From: the human T2T-CHM13v2.0 reference genome, Homo sapiens
DNA length: 64,000 nt
NCBI RefSeq assembly: GCF_009914755.1
Contig: NC_060937.1
Reading direction: 5' to 3' (one strand)
Below are positions 1 through 13,565 of the stretch, in pieces; within the stretch, counting starts at the first letter, position 1, and each line of letters begins with the position of its first letter. The translations under genes were made by a program, and so were the position numbers. Under the pieces are notes generated by a model. The model saw nothing but the letters and a program-made list of their open reading frames with translations, was not told the origin of the DNA and searched no databases.

Positions 1-84
1 AACAATTTTTAAAAGCTTTTTTATACCGTCCAGCCCACAATGATTTATAACTCATTTGAATTCCTGTATAGAAATATTTAGAAA

Positions 85-270
85 TATAGTTAAAACAAAT
101 TTATTTACATTAAATATAATTTATTCACATTAAATATAATTTATTCCTAAGTGTAATTTAAATATAATGTTTTATAAATTATTAAATTATATTTAATATT
201 ATTTACTATAAATTATTACATTATATTTAATATAACTTATAAATTTTATTCATTTAGGAATAAACATTTA
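85..270. repeat. AT-rich low-complexity tract with a 20-bp tandem unit
   Basis: Nearly all A/T. ttatt(t/c)acattaaatataat occurs at 101-120 and 121-140, plus a partial copy. Confidence 0.8.
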
Positions 271-614
271 TTTGTTTTACCCATTTATTATCAACAGCTG
301 TTACACAGGATGAGTCAGAACTCTTCTCCACCCTGAGGCTCTGAGACTCTGAAACCCAAAAAACTGTTGGTTGAATCTGAATATAAGAGTGAAGGAATGA
401 GTGAATGAACAAATAAATGGAAATAAAGTGAAAAGGCTGTGCTGAGAAGGTTTCAGCAAGCTTTTCTCTTCCCCCAGTTTATCCATGGAGCGTTTCTTCT
501 CTGTACGCTCTGAATTCAGGTCAAATCTTGCTTCTGGTCAGTTCAATATGAATTCATAACTTTCCTCCCCCCAAAAGAAATTGAAAATAAAAGGACAAAG
601 GCAGATAGAGGAAA

Positions 615-840
615 CACTCTTTCAAATGTAATTCACAGAGAATATGCCTCAGAATCACTGTGGAACTGTGGATAGAGTAGGTCGTGCTGTGAAGAGGCTT
701 TTTAAAAATTCAGATTCTGGGTTCTGGCTCAGATATTCCATGTCAGAATGTCGGGGTTGGGGGGAATATCACAACAAAGTGAATCTGCAGTCTTAACAAG
801 CTTTCTTAGAAATTCTCACACTAAAATCTGAAACTGGTAC
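615..840. mobile_element. MER5-type hAT-Charlie DNA transposon relic
   Basis: Contains tcagaatcac, tttttaaaaattcagattctggg and gaatctgcagtcttaacaagc, typical of MER5A/B. Confidence 0.55.
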
Positions 841-1407
841 ATTCTCTGACTAAAAGGTGAGAATTGACCTTCCCTTTAATGAGGATACTTAGTCTAGGGC
901 ACTGTCCATGGTTCCAGAGATGGTTCTGTGGCTCCAGTGCAGAAAAATCCAGAAATTGACCACAGGGAATCCATTTCCACTGGGAGGTTTCTGCTTCTGA
1001 ACTAAATTGCACACACAGTCTATTATTAATATGTAGGGAGTTAGAGGTAGGAATTCTGGATTTCTAGATGAAGCAAGCTTTAAGGAATAAAAATATGACT
1101 GCTCTGAATTTAGAGTGGTTTATAGCATACAAGGATTTTAGGACTAGAAAATAGAGCTAAAACATTTGCACTAGCAATGAAGCGAGGGTCCTGGCTGTGG
1201 TCTGATAGGATTTACATGGGAGATGATAAACCTGCAACTATAGCCACCATTCTCTATCCATGGGAAGAACAGACAGAGGAAACAGAACTACGGCAGCATG
1301 AATTTGAGTTCAGTATAATGTGTACTTTCCAGATCCTGACACTTAAAAATGCTGAATTGAGTTTTCCAGAGAGGGAAGTTTTAGAGTCTCTATCATTCAA
1401 TGTCTTT

Positions 1408-1692
1408 TTCTTTGTTTGTTTTTGAGACAGGGTCTCCCTCTGTCACCCAAGCTTGAGTTCAGTGGTGCAATCATGACTCATTGCAGCCTCAACCTCCCAG
1501 GCTCAAGTAATCCTCCAGCATACCTGGGACTACAGGCGCATGCCACCACACTTGCGTAATTTTTAAATATTTCTGTAGAGATGAGGTCTTACTATTTTGC
1601 CAGGCTGGTCTTGAACACCTGGACTGAGGTGATCCTCCTGCCTTGGCCTCTCAAAGGGCTGGGATTACAGGTATGAACAACTGCGCCCAGCC
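1408..1692 (-). mobile_element. AluJ
   Basis: Dimeric Alu with J-type gagacagggtctc and tgcagcctcaacctcccaggctcaag. TSD cattcaatgtcttt (1394-1407) / cagtcaatgtcttt (1693-1706). Confidence 0.92.
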
Positions 1693-3169
1693 CAGTCAAT
1701 GTCTTTAAAATGGGACAGATATAAACATGTCTGGGGTGTTTGAGGCGAGGCATTGTTGTAAGGTAGAGGCATGGGCTCGATTACATTTCAGATCCTCTAT
1801 GGTCTCTAACTTTATAATTTGAAGTATTTTCATAGTAATATTTTACAGATAATATGATGACAAACAAGGTCTATACAGACAAATGGGTAGAAATTCAATG
1901 AATACAGAAACTTTCCAGTAGGATCCATTTGGGAATTTGCATTCTGTAAGTTGCAGGGACAAAAATTAATTTTAGCTTCCATGTCTCTGCTTCATTAACT
2001 TGATCATGGGCAAAATGAGATTTCTGATTTTCACCTACAAAATGGCATAGAAGCTAGTGGTTAATTGTATGTCCTATTATCAAATTTACAAGCAGGTGTA
2101 TTCAATAAGCAAATGGATGACTTTTTTTCTAAGTTTGCTTCTGACAGTCTGGAAAAAGAGTCATTTTATGGATTTCTTTTTGTTTTCTGGAATTTTTTAT
2201 ATGACATAGAGTTTAAAATAGTGCCATACTAAAACCTAAAGTGTAGTAGATAGAGAACTTGATCTGCAAAAATAGAAGCAACAGTAGCAGACAGGTTGAT
2301 TTTAAAATTTCTGTCTTAGAAAAATATTTATAAATTTTAAATAGTGAATCTCTCCAAGTCATTGTGAAATGTGCATTTTTACTTTAATATCATTTAATGT
2401 GTTCAGTTTTCAACTGGGGAGCCATTTAAACATATACACATTATTTAATTTCAAAACCATTTATTTGCATATTTTGATGGTGGTGTATAACAGTCAATCA
2501 AATGTTATCTATTTTGTAAACATTCCTCATGCCTCATTTGGAAAACTATTCAGATATATGTCTAGGTGAGATGTGTAGTCATTGGATTTTATAAATCATG
2601 TTTCTAACTCCAAGTTGTGGCAGAAGCACATGCATGTCTTCAAGGCCTGTGGCTGATCGTTGTTGAATGAGACCCTGACTGATGAGACACATCTTTAAGA
2701 GAATTCCAGGGACCTCCAACCAAACTCTGAAGGCATGTGGTTTTTATGCAGCCACCAGCCTCTTTAGAACTTGGCTTCCAGCTGGGTTCCTGTGTAAGAT
2801 AAAAATCCTGGCGCAGCATCTCCCCTCTTAAGTTTCTGGCAGGTGTGTGCTAGATCCAGCCTACTAAATACTGCGTAATTAGAACGCCTTGGGCAATCAC
2901 TGTCATCCTACATCTGTAAGGCAGTGAGGGCAGTGTTAGCATGACTGTGCTCATTTCTTTAACATCCCATGCTTATAGACCCAAACACAGCTGCCTGAAG
3001 GGCCTGTGTTTGATGCATGAACTATAGGAGGACCTCAGAAATGAGTCTAATTATATCAGTATCTGAATGCTTTGCGGAGGCAAGATGCATTATTCATAAG
3101 ACTGCACCTCTGTATAAGGAAAAAATAGTCCATCATATGTACTGCCACTTTTTAAACAGCACTGGTCAA

Positions 3170-3330
3170 TTTTTATGTTTATTATGTTTATTATCTGCCT
3201 TCCGAACACTGGACTGTCAGTTGCTAGAAGGCAAAGAAATTTTTTCTGTTTCAGTTAGTGATGGAGCCATAACTACTAGAACAAAGCCTGGCACGAAGTT
3301 GGGGATCAAGGAATAAATAAATGAATATTA
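3170..3330 (+). mobile_element. L2 3' end fragment
   Basis: ggactgtcagttgctagaaggca ... agaacaaagcctggcac ... aataaataaatgaat matches the L2 tail. Confidence 0.6.
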
Positions 3331-6300
3331 GCTTTTAATATTTACCATGAAATTAGGTTGGTTATAGACAAACCATGTGTGTCTAAACTATTCTATCCAA
3401 TGTAATCAAGTGAGGGAAGCATCTTCCTCCTAAACTTTGTATTGAATATATTATTATCAGGTAGCCAAACGTCACCAAGAAAGTGAAGAGAAAAAGGCAA
3501 TATACTGTTTGTGGAAACTGTTGATCTGAAGAGCTCCAAATTCCTGAAAAAGAGCTGAATTTGAAGATGCCCAGCCTGGAGTATGTGTATATTTTTAGTG
3601 ATTACTGCATTAAAAGAATAATAATGAAATAAAATTATATCAATATGATGTCACTTCATAATGACTTAATTGCTAACCTCAGCCTGTAATTATTTTCATA
3701 GTTAACATTGCCATGTCATATCTACAGTGTTATCTATCTTTTTTAATATATGCATTAAATAGAATTTTGGTTTTTAACTTTGTTTTATGCCCCTTTGTAG
3801 AGAAAAAGCTTTATTACTGCAACTAAGAATAAGAACGTAAAATGTCCATAAATTTCTAAAAGAATAGTGTGTGCATTACTATTTTAACATAATTTTGGAT
3901 TAAACCTATTGTTATTAGCATTTCAGACTATTTGGTGTGTATGCAAATAGTCATTTTTCTGAATAAAATACCTATAAAAGTAAAAATCTCTCCTTTCTTA
4001 CAAATATATTCATAGTCCCATAACCATGAATAATATATATTTGTTCATTGTTTCACTTCAGATTCCTCTCTTGCTGTCAGACAATGAACAAATATATATT
4101 GCTTATCATATTATCCCTCAGTTTTATCTTTCATTTCCTCTGGTCCTTACCTCATTCACTTACTTCCTTATGAGTGTGATTAAAAACACACACACCATCT
4201 TTAAAGGCTCAGAAGACATAGGAATTATCTGAAATACCAAAGAGACCTTAAAGTCCAGCCAGGCCAGCTATTTTAATTTAAAGAAGCTAAAGGCCAGAGA
4301 AATGAGGGGCCAAAGGTTGTGCAGTTACTTCATGATAAGATGGGCCTGAGGTGTCGCGGTATTTTGGCAAAGGCTAATTTCCTTTGCTTTTCCTTGGTGA
4401 CCCCTTGGCATTTAGCTGAGAATATGAGGGGAGCTGAATTAATACTGGCTGGTTTACATTGAGCTGAGTTAGAATACATTCCTTTGCATTTTATATGGAA
4501 TTTAAAATAGTCAACCTGTTTCTTATTAGCAGTCTGAAAAACATCTTTAAAGACCATGCATGGATGTGGTATTAAGCATAGATACAGCATGATTAAGGAA
4601 TGTGAATATTTATTGCTAGACAAACTGCTGAAGTATAGATATCAGGGCATTTTCCCAGTTAATTATTGATGGTCAGGAGCAATCACAGGAGACAGAGAAT
4701 GAACATCAGAGGGGGATAAAAGGATTGGAAAAATTACAAATGGTCACCATAGAACTCTCAAGCAAGCAGAACTTTATACAAAAAGAGATTAACAATTTGA
4801 ATGAAGTTGGTGGGAACCGTTTTGGCATTTACTCTTCACAATTTATATAAGTGGGTTTTGACATGTTTGCTTCTTAACTCTATTCCTTTAGACATCCTTC
4901 CAGTCTGTTCCAGCAATGCTGTAGTTTTACAATTTTATTTTTTGGGACTCTCAAGCTAGAAGTCTACATTTTAAACTCTTTTTAAATTGAGTAATTATTT
5001 TCATTATATATATATATAATTTCAAGTTTTATAAAGCAATGAAGGATTTGGAGGTTGGTCTGGTGCTGTTTATACTTCTTTATAAAAATATATAGGTGAT
5101 AAAAAGCTTTACTATTTAAGCTTTACACACAGGCAAATGCAGGTCAGAAATGCTTTGCATAAAGAGGTCTTTCCTAACTTCAGTCGCATCTGTGTGGTGA
5201 GGACTGATTGACTGAGGGAAAGAGAATAGCTCCCCTAGCTCATCGGAATCCCCAGAGACATCTCAGCTTGCATCTAGGAGGTCAAAACTCCTTGATGGTC
5301 CGATTGTGACTTGACACAGGAGGCTGATGAAGAAAGAGCAAGGTGATCCCCTGAGGGTCTGGGACACAGCTCAGGACATTTTTTCTAACTTACAAAAAAA
5401 CAAGAAAATGTCACTTGATTTGCTTTGAATCTGACTCTGTGCCAAGAAATCAAGGTGAAATTTGACAAACTTTTTATGTATAAACATCTCAGAATTATTT
5501 TCTAGTAGCTTTATTTTCTAATTTGAACAGAAGTTCTAATACGGCATTTGACAGCAGTTGCTTTGAAATAGAATTTAGGAAGTAGAAATTTTGGTAGAAT
5601 TTATTCTTTTAACAAATCTTTTCTGGATTCATTTACTATAACAAGTAATAAAGAGATAGAGAGATGAATGAGATAACACCCTTATAGAGATTTCACTGTA
5701 GTGCTGTATGTAGTGTTTTAGAACACAGTTGGTATTGTAAGATAAGAAAAATAGAACTGATTATTATTGGTGCTAAAATGTCTTCAGTGATAATGAGATA
5801 AATTTTCCTGTAACATTTTAAACTAAACCATGAAAGAGAACACAATACTTGGAATATTGTGTACACTTATTCCTCCCTTTCATTTCTTCGTGCCTTGCCT
5901 TTCTTCCCTGCTTGCTTGTAGCTCTAGCTTTTAAGCCACCTTTAATTCCTTCTACTTTGTACTCTTGGGAGGGCCTGCACTTTGAAAATACTTGACATTC
6001 AGGAAAATACACTTTATATGTTAAAAATCAATGGTGACACAATATTTACAGCCCAAAGGCCAAACATTTGGAGTTTCTTTATAGAGAGTAAGTGCTCAGA
6101 GACCAGCTTTGTGCTACTAAGCTGTAGACATCAAAGAATAATACAGCAGTTTTCAACTTGATGGCCCGAATGGGCTTTAGCCCAGTGAAGTGAAGTATTG
6201 AGCTATTTCACAGATCTGTAATAGAGAGCCAGTGTGGGAATCCTTATTTTATCTTAATTACTAAGGAGCCCTTTATGTCTCAGAAGTCCCCATGTTTTGT

Positions 6301-8265
6301 TTCAAAACTTCTATCTGGAGAATGAGTTTATAGACTTGTGTCTACAAAAGAATGACAATACTTTGAATTAGGTTTTAAGAAGATTCAAAGTGCAGCCAGA
6401 AGGGGAATTCTTTTGCTAGTCCCTGCTACATTGCAGCGTTTCAAAGAAAGCTTATGGTAGGTCTATGATTTAGCAGAAAGAAAAGAAAATGTATTCGTTG
6501 GCAACTCCCATGCCACCTAGCAAGTTTAATTTTCTTGGGTTAAGCACACACACAGATGAGTACATGTGCACACACACACACCCCAAAGCATTTATTAGCT
6601 CATTAGAAGCTGTATTATGTGTCTGGGTGAGGAGTATTATTTGTTGTGTACATTTGACCCTTCATTGTTATTAGTTGCTCTTTAGCAGAAAGCCTCTCTT
6701 TCAGCAGAAAGAGTGAGGATGGCAATAACTATTACTAAGCTAATAATAATTACAAGGACCAAACATGATTATTGATGGCTCTTCCATCTTTCATATGTGT
6801 GTGCTCTGGGTAATACTGATATGCTACTTCTGTTATTGGGCATGAACTTTCTGTGACCTATCATTTATCATCAGATGAAGTTCAGCCCAGCCTAATAGTT
6901 ACATTACGTAACAAGAGCTTTCTGGTGGTGAAAGAAATCCACTTAAACCACTGATGTGCTAGGGTTTCATACGGATTGTGGAGTGTTCATTCTCTTTACT
7001 TGTAAAAGAGACTTAGAGGGGGCTATCTGAGTATTCACCTTGGAGAAAACTGTTGATGAAGCCAGATAGCGCTGATAAAGGATGGCTTTGGGAATCACTC
7101 CAAGCCTGCAAAACCTGGAGCATTTAGGAAACAGGAACCCCTCAAAGTGTCAGGAATATAACGATCAGAGAAAGGATCTAGAGATTTTCTAGTACATTTG
7201 CCCCTCATTTTTTGGATGATGAGGCTGACAGTCTCAAGGTCACACATCTTTGTCATGCCTTTTTCACCAAACTACATTGTCTCTCAGGGAGGACAGGAAG
7301 GACATGACCTATGATCAGTGTCTCTGGGACATCTAGGATACAAGTGCCTCTAAGATCACTGCCAAGCCAAGAAGTATGTTTTTTAGGTCCTTCCCTGAAA
7401 TTATAGTAGAGAGTACATTAGTAAGGAAGCAGCTGGCTCTGGGGTAAGGTGGGACTGACTGCTTCCTTGGCATTCAGATCATATAGTAATAGCATATGGG
7501 GGTCTTGGATTGGCCTCACAAAGAATCCATCAGCGGCTATGTCCCACTCTTCTATGGAGATGGATGGTACACCTAGTGTGCTAGTGTGTTTGGGTGAATG
7601 CACTGTCACCAGAAGACCAATGGAAACTATTGAAACTACACATATATGAAGATGGCTTTTTTGGGTGGCTGTAACCATCATGGACAAGTCTTTGTGTTGT
7701 TTCCCTGAATGCTGGTGTTAGGTTGTGTTCTGAACCTTAGGAAGTTCTTTTATTCCAGCAGGCTTTGAACGTCTAGGTCCCTGAAGTCCAGAGGCCAGAA
7801 GCACTTGCCAATGGGTAATTATGCCCCCTTGCTGTGCACAAGTAAGAAAGTAGCAAGCAATTCAGAGGCTGCAGTGCAGAAGGCAAGGCATCTGCATCCC
7901 TGAGGTCCATCTTAAGGAGTCTCCTGAAGGCATTCCCGGGCAATCTGGAAGGTTGGGAGAGGGGTGCTGAGGATCTAGCCACTGGTAGTAAGACTTCCTA
8001 GCTAGAAAACTATTTATTTGCTAGCGCTGGCATAACAAACTGAGTGGCTTAAACAACAGAAATAATCTATTTATTTATTTTTAAATTACAGGTAATAATT
8101 GCATATATTTGTGGGGCACAATGTGATGTTTTGATATGTGTTTACATTGTGTATCACTACAGCTGACTAACATCCGTCACCCCACATACTTATCTTTTTT
8201 TGTGTGTGAGGTAGAAACATTTAAAATCTACTTTTTCAGCAATTTTGAAATTTATAATACATTAG

Positions 8266-9147
8266 TTTTTTTAAACTTTTTAAAAATTGTACTTTAAGTT
8301 CTGGGATACATGTGCAGAACGTGCAGGTTTGTTACATAGGTATACACGTGCCGTGGTGGTTTGCTGTACCCATAAACCTGTCATCTACATTAGGTATTTC
8401 TCCTAATGCTATCCCTTCCCTTGTCCCCCACCCCCGACAGGTCCCGGTGTGTGATGTTCCCCTTCCTGTGTCCATGTGTTCTCATTGTTCAACTCCCACT
8501 TATGAGTGAGAACATGCAGTATTTGGCTTTCTGTTCCTGTGTTAGTTGCTGAGAATGATGGCTTGCAGCTTTATCCATGTCCTTGTAAAGGACATGAACT
8601 CATCCTTTTTTTTTTTTAATTATTATACTTTAAGTTCCAGGGTACATGTGCACAACGTGCAGTTTTGTTACATAGGTATATATGTGCCATGTTGGTTTGT
8701 TGCACCCATTAACTCGTCATTTACATTAGGTGTTTTTCCTGATGCTCTCCCTCCTCCAGCCCCCCACCCCACAACCGGCCCAGGTGTGTGATGTTCCCCT
8801 TCCTGTGTCCATGAGTTCTCATTGTTCAACTCCCACCTATGAGTGAGAACATGCGGTGTTTGGTTTTCTGTCCTTGTGATAGTTTGCTTAGAATGGAACC
8901 CATCCTTTTTTATGGCTGTGTAGCATTCCATGTTGTATATGTGCCACATTTTCTTTATCCAGTCTATCACTGATGGGCATTTGGGTTGGTTCCAAGTCAT
9001 TGCTATTGTGAACAGTGCAGCAATAAACATACATGTGCATGTGTCTTTATAGTAGAATGATTTATAATCCTTTGGGTATATCCCCAGTAATGGAATTGCT
9101 GGGTCAAATGGTCAAATGGTATTTCTGGTTCTAGATCCTTGAGGAAT
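8266..9147 (-). mobile_element. 5'-truncated L1PA (PA7/8-like) 3' end; pieces 8266-8611 and 8912-9147
   Basis: tactttaagttctgggatacatgtgcagaacgtgcagg 3'UTR, followed by the ORF2 C-terminus ([19 protein letters not shown]). Confidence 0.88.
8612..8895 (-). mobile_element. ~285-bp younger L1PA 3' end inserted in the previous L1PA
   Basis: Second poly-T plus ttatactttaagttccagggtacatgtgcacaacgtgc. TSD gaactcatcctttttt (8596-8611) / gaacccatcctttttt (8896-8911). Confidence 0.88.
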
Positions 9148-9829
9148 ATTATGGGCACCATGATGTGTAATAGATCTTTAAAATTTATTCCTCCTAACTG
9201 AATCTTTGTATTCTTTGAACTACATCTTCCCATCCCCTTCCATCCCACAGCCTCTGGTAACCACAGTTCTATTTTCTACTTCTAAGAGGTTGACTTTTTT
9301 AGATCCTACATATAAGTAAGATCATGCAGTATTTCTATTTGTATGCCTGACTTATTTGTCTTAGCATAATATCCTTTGAGTTCATCCATAAAACAACAGA
9401 AACTTATCGTCTCACAGTTCTGCAGGCTAGAAGTCTGAGATTAAAGTATCAGGGGGTTTGCTTCCTTCTGTGAAGGAAGGATCTGTCCCAGGCCTCTCTC
9501 CTTGGTGTGAAGACAACTGTCTCCTCCCGTGACTTTTCCTAACGCCTTCCCTCTATGTGTGCGCCAATATTTTCCCATTTTTCTAAGGACTAGCCATTTG
9601 AGATTAGGGTCTCCCACTTCCAATGGCCTAATTTTAACTTGGTTACTTCTCTGAAGACCCTATATCCAAATAAGTTTACATTCTAAGTTACTGGGAGTTA
9701 GAATTTCAAAATATGTGGGGAGGAGGGATGCAATTCAATCCATAACAGGAACCTTGCCCTGGTATCTCTGAGGTTCATTTCTATGACTGATGGTCAGAGG
9801 CTGTGTTTGGATTCCAGAGATTTTCTTGA

Positions 9830-9905
9830 ATGTGTGTGCATGTGTGTGTGTGACTGCATGTCTGTGCACATGTGTGCATGTGTGTGTGTGCACGTGGACA
9901 TGCAC
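9830..9905. repeat. Degenerate (TG)n/(TGCA)n microsatellite
   Basis: tgtgtgtgcatgtgtgtgtgtgactgcatgtc... alternating purine-pyrimidine run. Confidence 0.8.
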
Positions 9906-10069
9906 TAGCTGACCTCTTCCTTAGGGTGGGGTTCCTGGTCAGTCTGTATTCTTCCACAGCTTTCACCCATCTGAAAGCAAATCAGTTTCCTTTTTCAAAA
10001 TGGAAAAATATCTCTTTCTCCGTGTCCTTTTAAACCCCCCTCCCCACGCTCCTTTTCCTTCTTACTGTG

Positions 10070-10412
10070 TGCCTTAGGCCATTCAGGCTACTATAACAAA
10101 ATACTATAAACTGTGTAACTCATACACAACAGAAATGTATTTCTTACAGTTCTGGAGGCTAGAAAGGCCAAGATCAGGAAGCCAGCAGATTCCAAGTCTG
10201 GTGAGGGCCTCCTTCCTAGCTTATAGATGCTGCCTTCTTGCTGTGTCCACACATGGTAGAAGGGGCTACCTCCCTGGGGTCCCTTTTATAAGGGCACTAA
10301 TCCCATTTGTGACCTAATCACTTCCTCAAAGCCCCCCTCGCAATACCATTACTTTGGGGATTATGACTTCAACATAGGAATTTGGGGGGACACAAATGTT
10401 CAGACCACAGCA
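10070..10412 (-). mobile_element. MLT1A-type MaLR solo LTR
   Basis: Starts ccattcaggctactataacaaaatac, contains cagttctggaggctagaaag, ends ggggggacacaaatgttcagaccacagca. Confidence 0.85.
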
Positions 10413-10445
10413 TCATCTCTTTTCTCTGACTTCCCTCACTTGCTT

Positions 10446-10484
<39 letters not shown>

Positions 10485-10766
10485 TTGATACAGTCTCGCT
10501 CTATCTCCCAGGCTGGAGTACAGTGGCACGATCTTAGCTTACTGCTACCTCCACCTCCCGGGTTCAAGCAATTCTCATGCTTCAGGGTACTGAGTAGCAG
10601 GGACTACAGGCGTGTGCCACCACGCCCGGCTAATTTTTGCAATATTAGTAGAGGCGGGGTTTCACCATGTTGGCCAGGCTGGTCTCAAACTCCTGACCTC
10701 TGATGATCTGCCCGTCTCAGCCTCCCAAAGTGCTGGGATTGCAGGCGTAAGCCACCACACCCAGCC
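10446..10766 (-). mobile_element. AluS with (TTTA)n tail
   Basis: Full Alu dimer. The tail is a ~40-bp (ttta)n array. Confidence 0.92.
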
Positions 10767-13172
10767 CCCTTACTTATTTTCTAATATATCCACATTGTGC
10801 TGTTTGTGTTTTGATTCTTTCACTGTCCCTCATATTCCTTCTTTCATCATCATAATTAATTTTTAAATGTTTTGTTTCTTCATTTACTAACATTACATTC
10901 CTATTGGCTCAGATAGTTTTCTTCTGATTTCACTCTCCTTTAAGTATTTTTTTTATTTTTATTTTTTTACTCCATGGGTCTCAGAAAGACTGAAGAAAGA
11001 CCTGAAAAATGTTTATTCATTTATATTACTGGATTGTGAAATTTTTATTCTTTCTACTGGAATGTTGTCTGTCCTAGATTTTAACTATCCAGAGAGTAAC
11101 CTCCCACCATGTGTAGACTACCCATTAACAAACGCATTTTGTTGTCAATGGTTTGAAGCCTTGAAGATTTTGAAAAGAAGCTTAAAACAAGTTTAGAAAG
11201 AGGATGTTTCGTCCTGAAACTTCACTTGAGTTCACCCATCACTAGAGTTGAAAACATAGATACCACAGACTTGCTTGGCTTCCAGAGGAAGGCTACCTTC
11301 AAGTCATGATATTATTAGAAAAAAGCAGAACTAATTGTTGGATTTTTCTCATCCATTATTTTTCCTCCTGTCTCTCCTTTTTAGCTCCCAAAGCTAGTGT
11401 TCCATGATACATTGCTGGTAAATATTTAATTGCCATTCTCAGAAATGTGTTTTGCATTTTCATGTTACCCTCCTCATGGTGATGAAAGACAAGATGGGTA
11501 ATATATGTGTGCCTGTGTCAGTGAGTGTGTACTCTAGGTATTGTCTTTATCATAAAAGATAATATATACATTAGATTTCCTGTAATAGAGAACTTCCTCG
11601 CCTGCTTCTTAATGAGAGGTGCTGATGCGAAATGACCCTAGCTTTCCTAAACACACAGCAATCTAATTTGAACCTGTATGCCAATTACAGGCCTCTGTGG
11701 AGCACTTTATGGTGCAACAATCACGTCACAATAGGATTAGAACACTATGCCCCAGGACCGCAAGGGAAGCCAGCCCGGGCATAACTGCAGGTTTATTCCT
11801 CTAAATTGTCTGTAAACAGCATTGATAGCCACCTTGGTGCCACCTTGGTATTGTTTCTATAAATCCTCCATAGAAACAATCTAAAATGAATAGACAACGA
11901 GTCAGTAATGGCCTGTTAGTTCCCAGCACAGGGTTGCACCACTGAACTGCCTCATGAATACCACTCATAGGGACTGATCTTGGGTAAACATTCACAAACG
12001 GCAGAGCAGACAGGCTCTATGACAACAATCAGGTTAGATAGTCTGAGAAATCATTGTGAATGGTGCCTTCCCCCTGATCTTTCCATGCAAAAATTAGCTT
12101 CAGAACTGAACCATTTTAGTTCTCTTAATAAGTTTATACAGTCATATACTTTGCACAGTCTCTTCAATTTCAATAAGAATTTTTTTGCAGTTACCTGACA
12201 ATGCTAACTGCTTTTGACTAATGTAAAGAAAGCTAAAATTGTTATGTCTTGATCATGAGGACAGGTTTGAAGAAGATGATGAGACATGCAGAAGTCAAGC
12301 CACCAAACTGGAAATTAATCACCAGGTTGTGCTGGTAGAGTGGAATTAACTACAGGATGTACAGCAGATGATCATTGTAATGTGGCAATATTAAAGGGCC
12401 AATTATATACTCTTGTAAATTAAATCCAAGTAGAGTAAAATTGTGCCATTAAACTCTAAGGAAGTATTAGTTATTTTTCCCAATACAGTATAAAATCCCT
12501 GATATCAAACCTCACTTTTTCTTTCATACATAGAAATAAAAGTAAAATATTTCATTTGCCCTGCTGTATTGCTTAATATTTTTCTTCATTTAGGCTATTT
12601 ATAGACATCCAATGTTTTGTTTTGTTTTTTGTCTGAACAGGCTAAAATAGTTTAGTAAAATAGAGCTACTATTCCATATGTGTTAGTGAGCTGCCTAAAA
12701 CAATTTCTGTGTTCTTTATTTAGTGATGCTGGTTGACTACAAGAAGTATTTTTAATTAGAAGAGAATTTAAGAAAGAATATAATATATTTGGGGGAAAAT
12801 GACATTCCATATTCCCTAGGCTGTTGTCATTTGGGTCTCTGATGATGGTTAGAGGTTTTTAAGAGCACTCCTACTTAGGTTTGGGTTTAGTGGCTTTTCT
12901 ACCACCCAGGCAGGGAAATGAATAATGCTCATTCACTCAGAAGAAAAACTAGTGCCTTCTGTGTGTTAGTTACCACGGTAGACAGAAGGCCAGTTTTACC
13001 TCAAGGATGGTACAGACTTTTGGTCATTCAATAGTTGAGAGCATTTAGTTAATTCAGATTAAAAACAAAAGCAAAAACACAAATGAAAAGCTTATTTCAT
13101 GCTTGAGAGTGAAAGTACAGTTTGGGTTGGAGTGATAACTCAGCTCCTTACTGTCCTGTATGGAAACATGCA

Positions 13173-13565
13173 TGTTTTAACTCAGGCTGCCATAACAAAA
13201 TACCACAGACAAGGCAGCTTAAACAACAGAAATTTACTTTCTCACAGCTTTGGAGTCTGGAAGTCTGAGTTCAGGGTGCCAACATGGTGGGATTCCAGTA
13301 AGGGATCTCTTCCTGGTTTTTTGACTGCCACCTTTTAACTGTGTCCTCCCATGGCCTGTCCTTGGTGTGTGCACAAGCGGGGAGAAAGTGATCTCACTCT
13401 GTTCCTTTTCTAATAAGGCCACCAATGCTATAGGATTGGGAGTCCACCTTTTGGACCTCATTTAAACTTATTTATCTCTTAAAAACCCCATCTCCAAATA
13501 CAGTCATATTAGGGGTTAGGGCTTCAACATATGAATTTTGGAGAGACACAACTTAATCCATAGCA
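13173..13565 (-). mobile_element. MLT1A-type MaLR solo LTR
   Basis: ctcaggctgccataacaaaataccacagac ... gggttagggcttcaacatatgaattttgg ... ttaatccatagca. Confidence 0.85.

Larger units (their letters stand above)
8063..9390 (-). mobile_element. L1MA 3' end; pieces ~8063-8265 and 9148-9390
   Basis: L1MA 3'UTR motifs atttgtggggcacaatgtgatgttttgatatg, aatagatctttaaaatttattcctcctaactg and cagcctctggtaaccac. TSD aaacaacagaaa at 8051-8062 and 9391-9402. Confidence 0.8.
8011..9747 (-). mobile_element. MLT1B/C (ERVL-MaLR) LTR split by nested L1s; pieces ~8011-8062 and 9391-9747
   Basis: gctggcataacaaa..ggcttaaacaacagaaa resumes as aaacaacagaaacttatcgtctcacagttc and ends caattcaatccataaca. Confidence 0.8.

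Noticed and set aside
7449-7649. WIGL motif suggesting a C-type lectin exon
   Set aside because: No conserved cysteine/WND pattern or convincing splice sites. A four-residue match is expected by chance.
10440-10866. Alu-derived ORFs (also at 15549, 20115, 52714, 56837 and 61105)
   Set aside because: These are typical Alu translations (for example SASQSAGIT), not genes.
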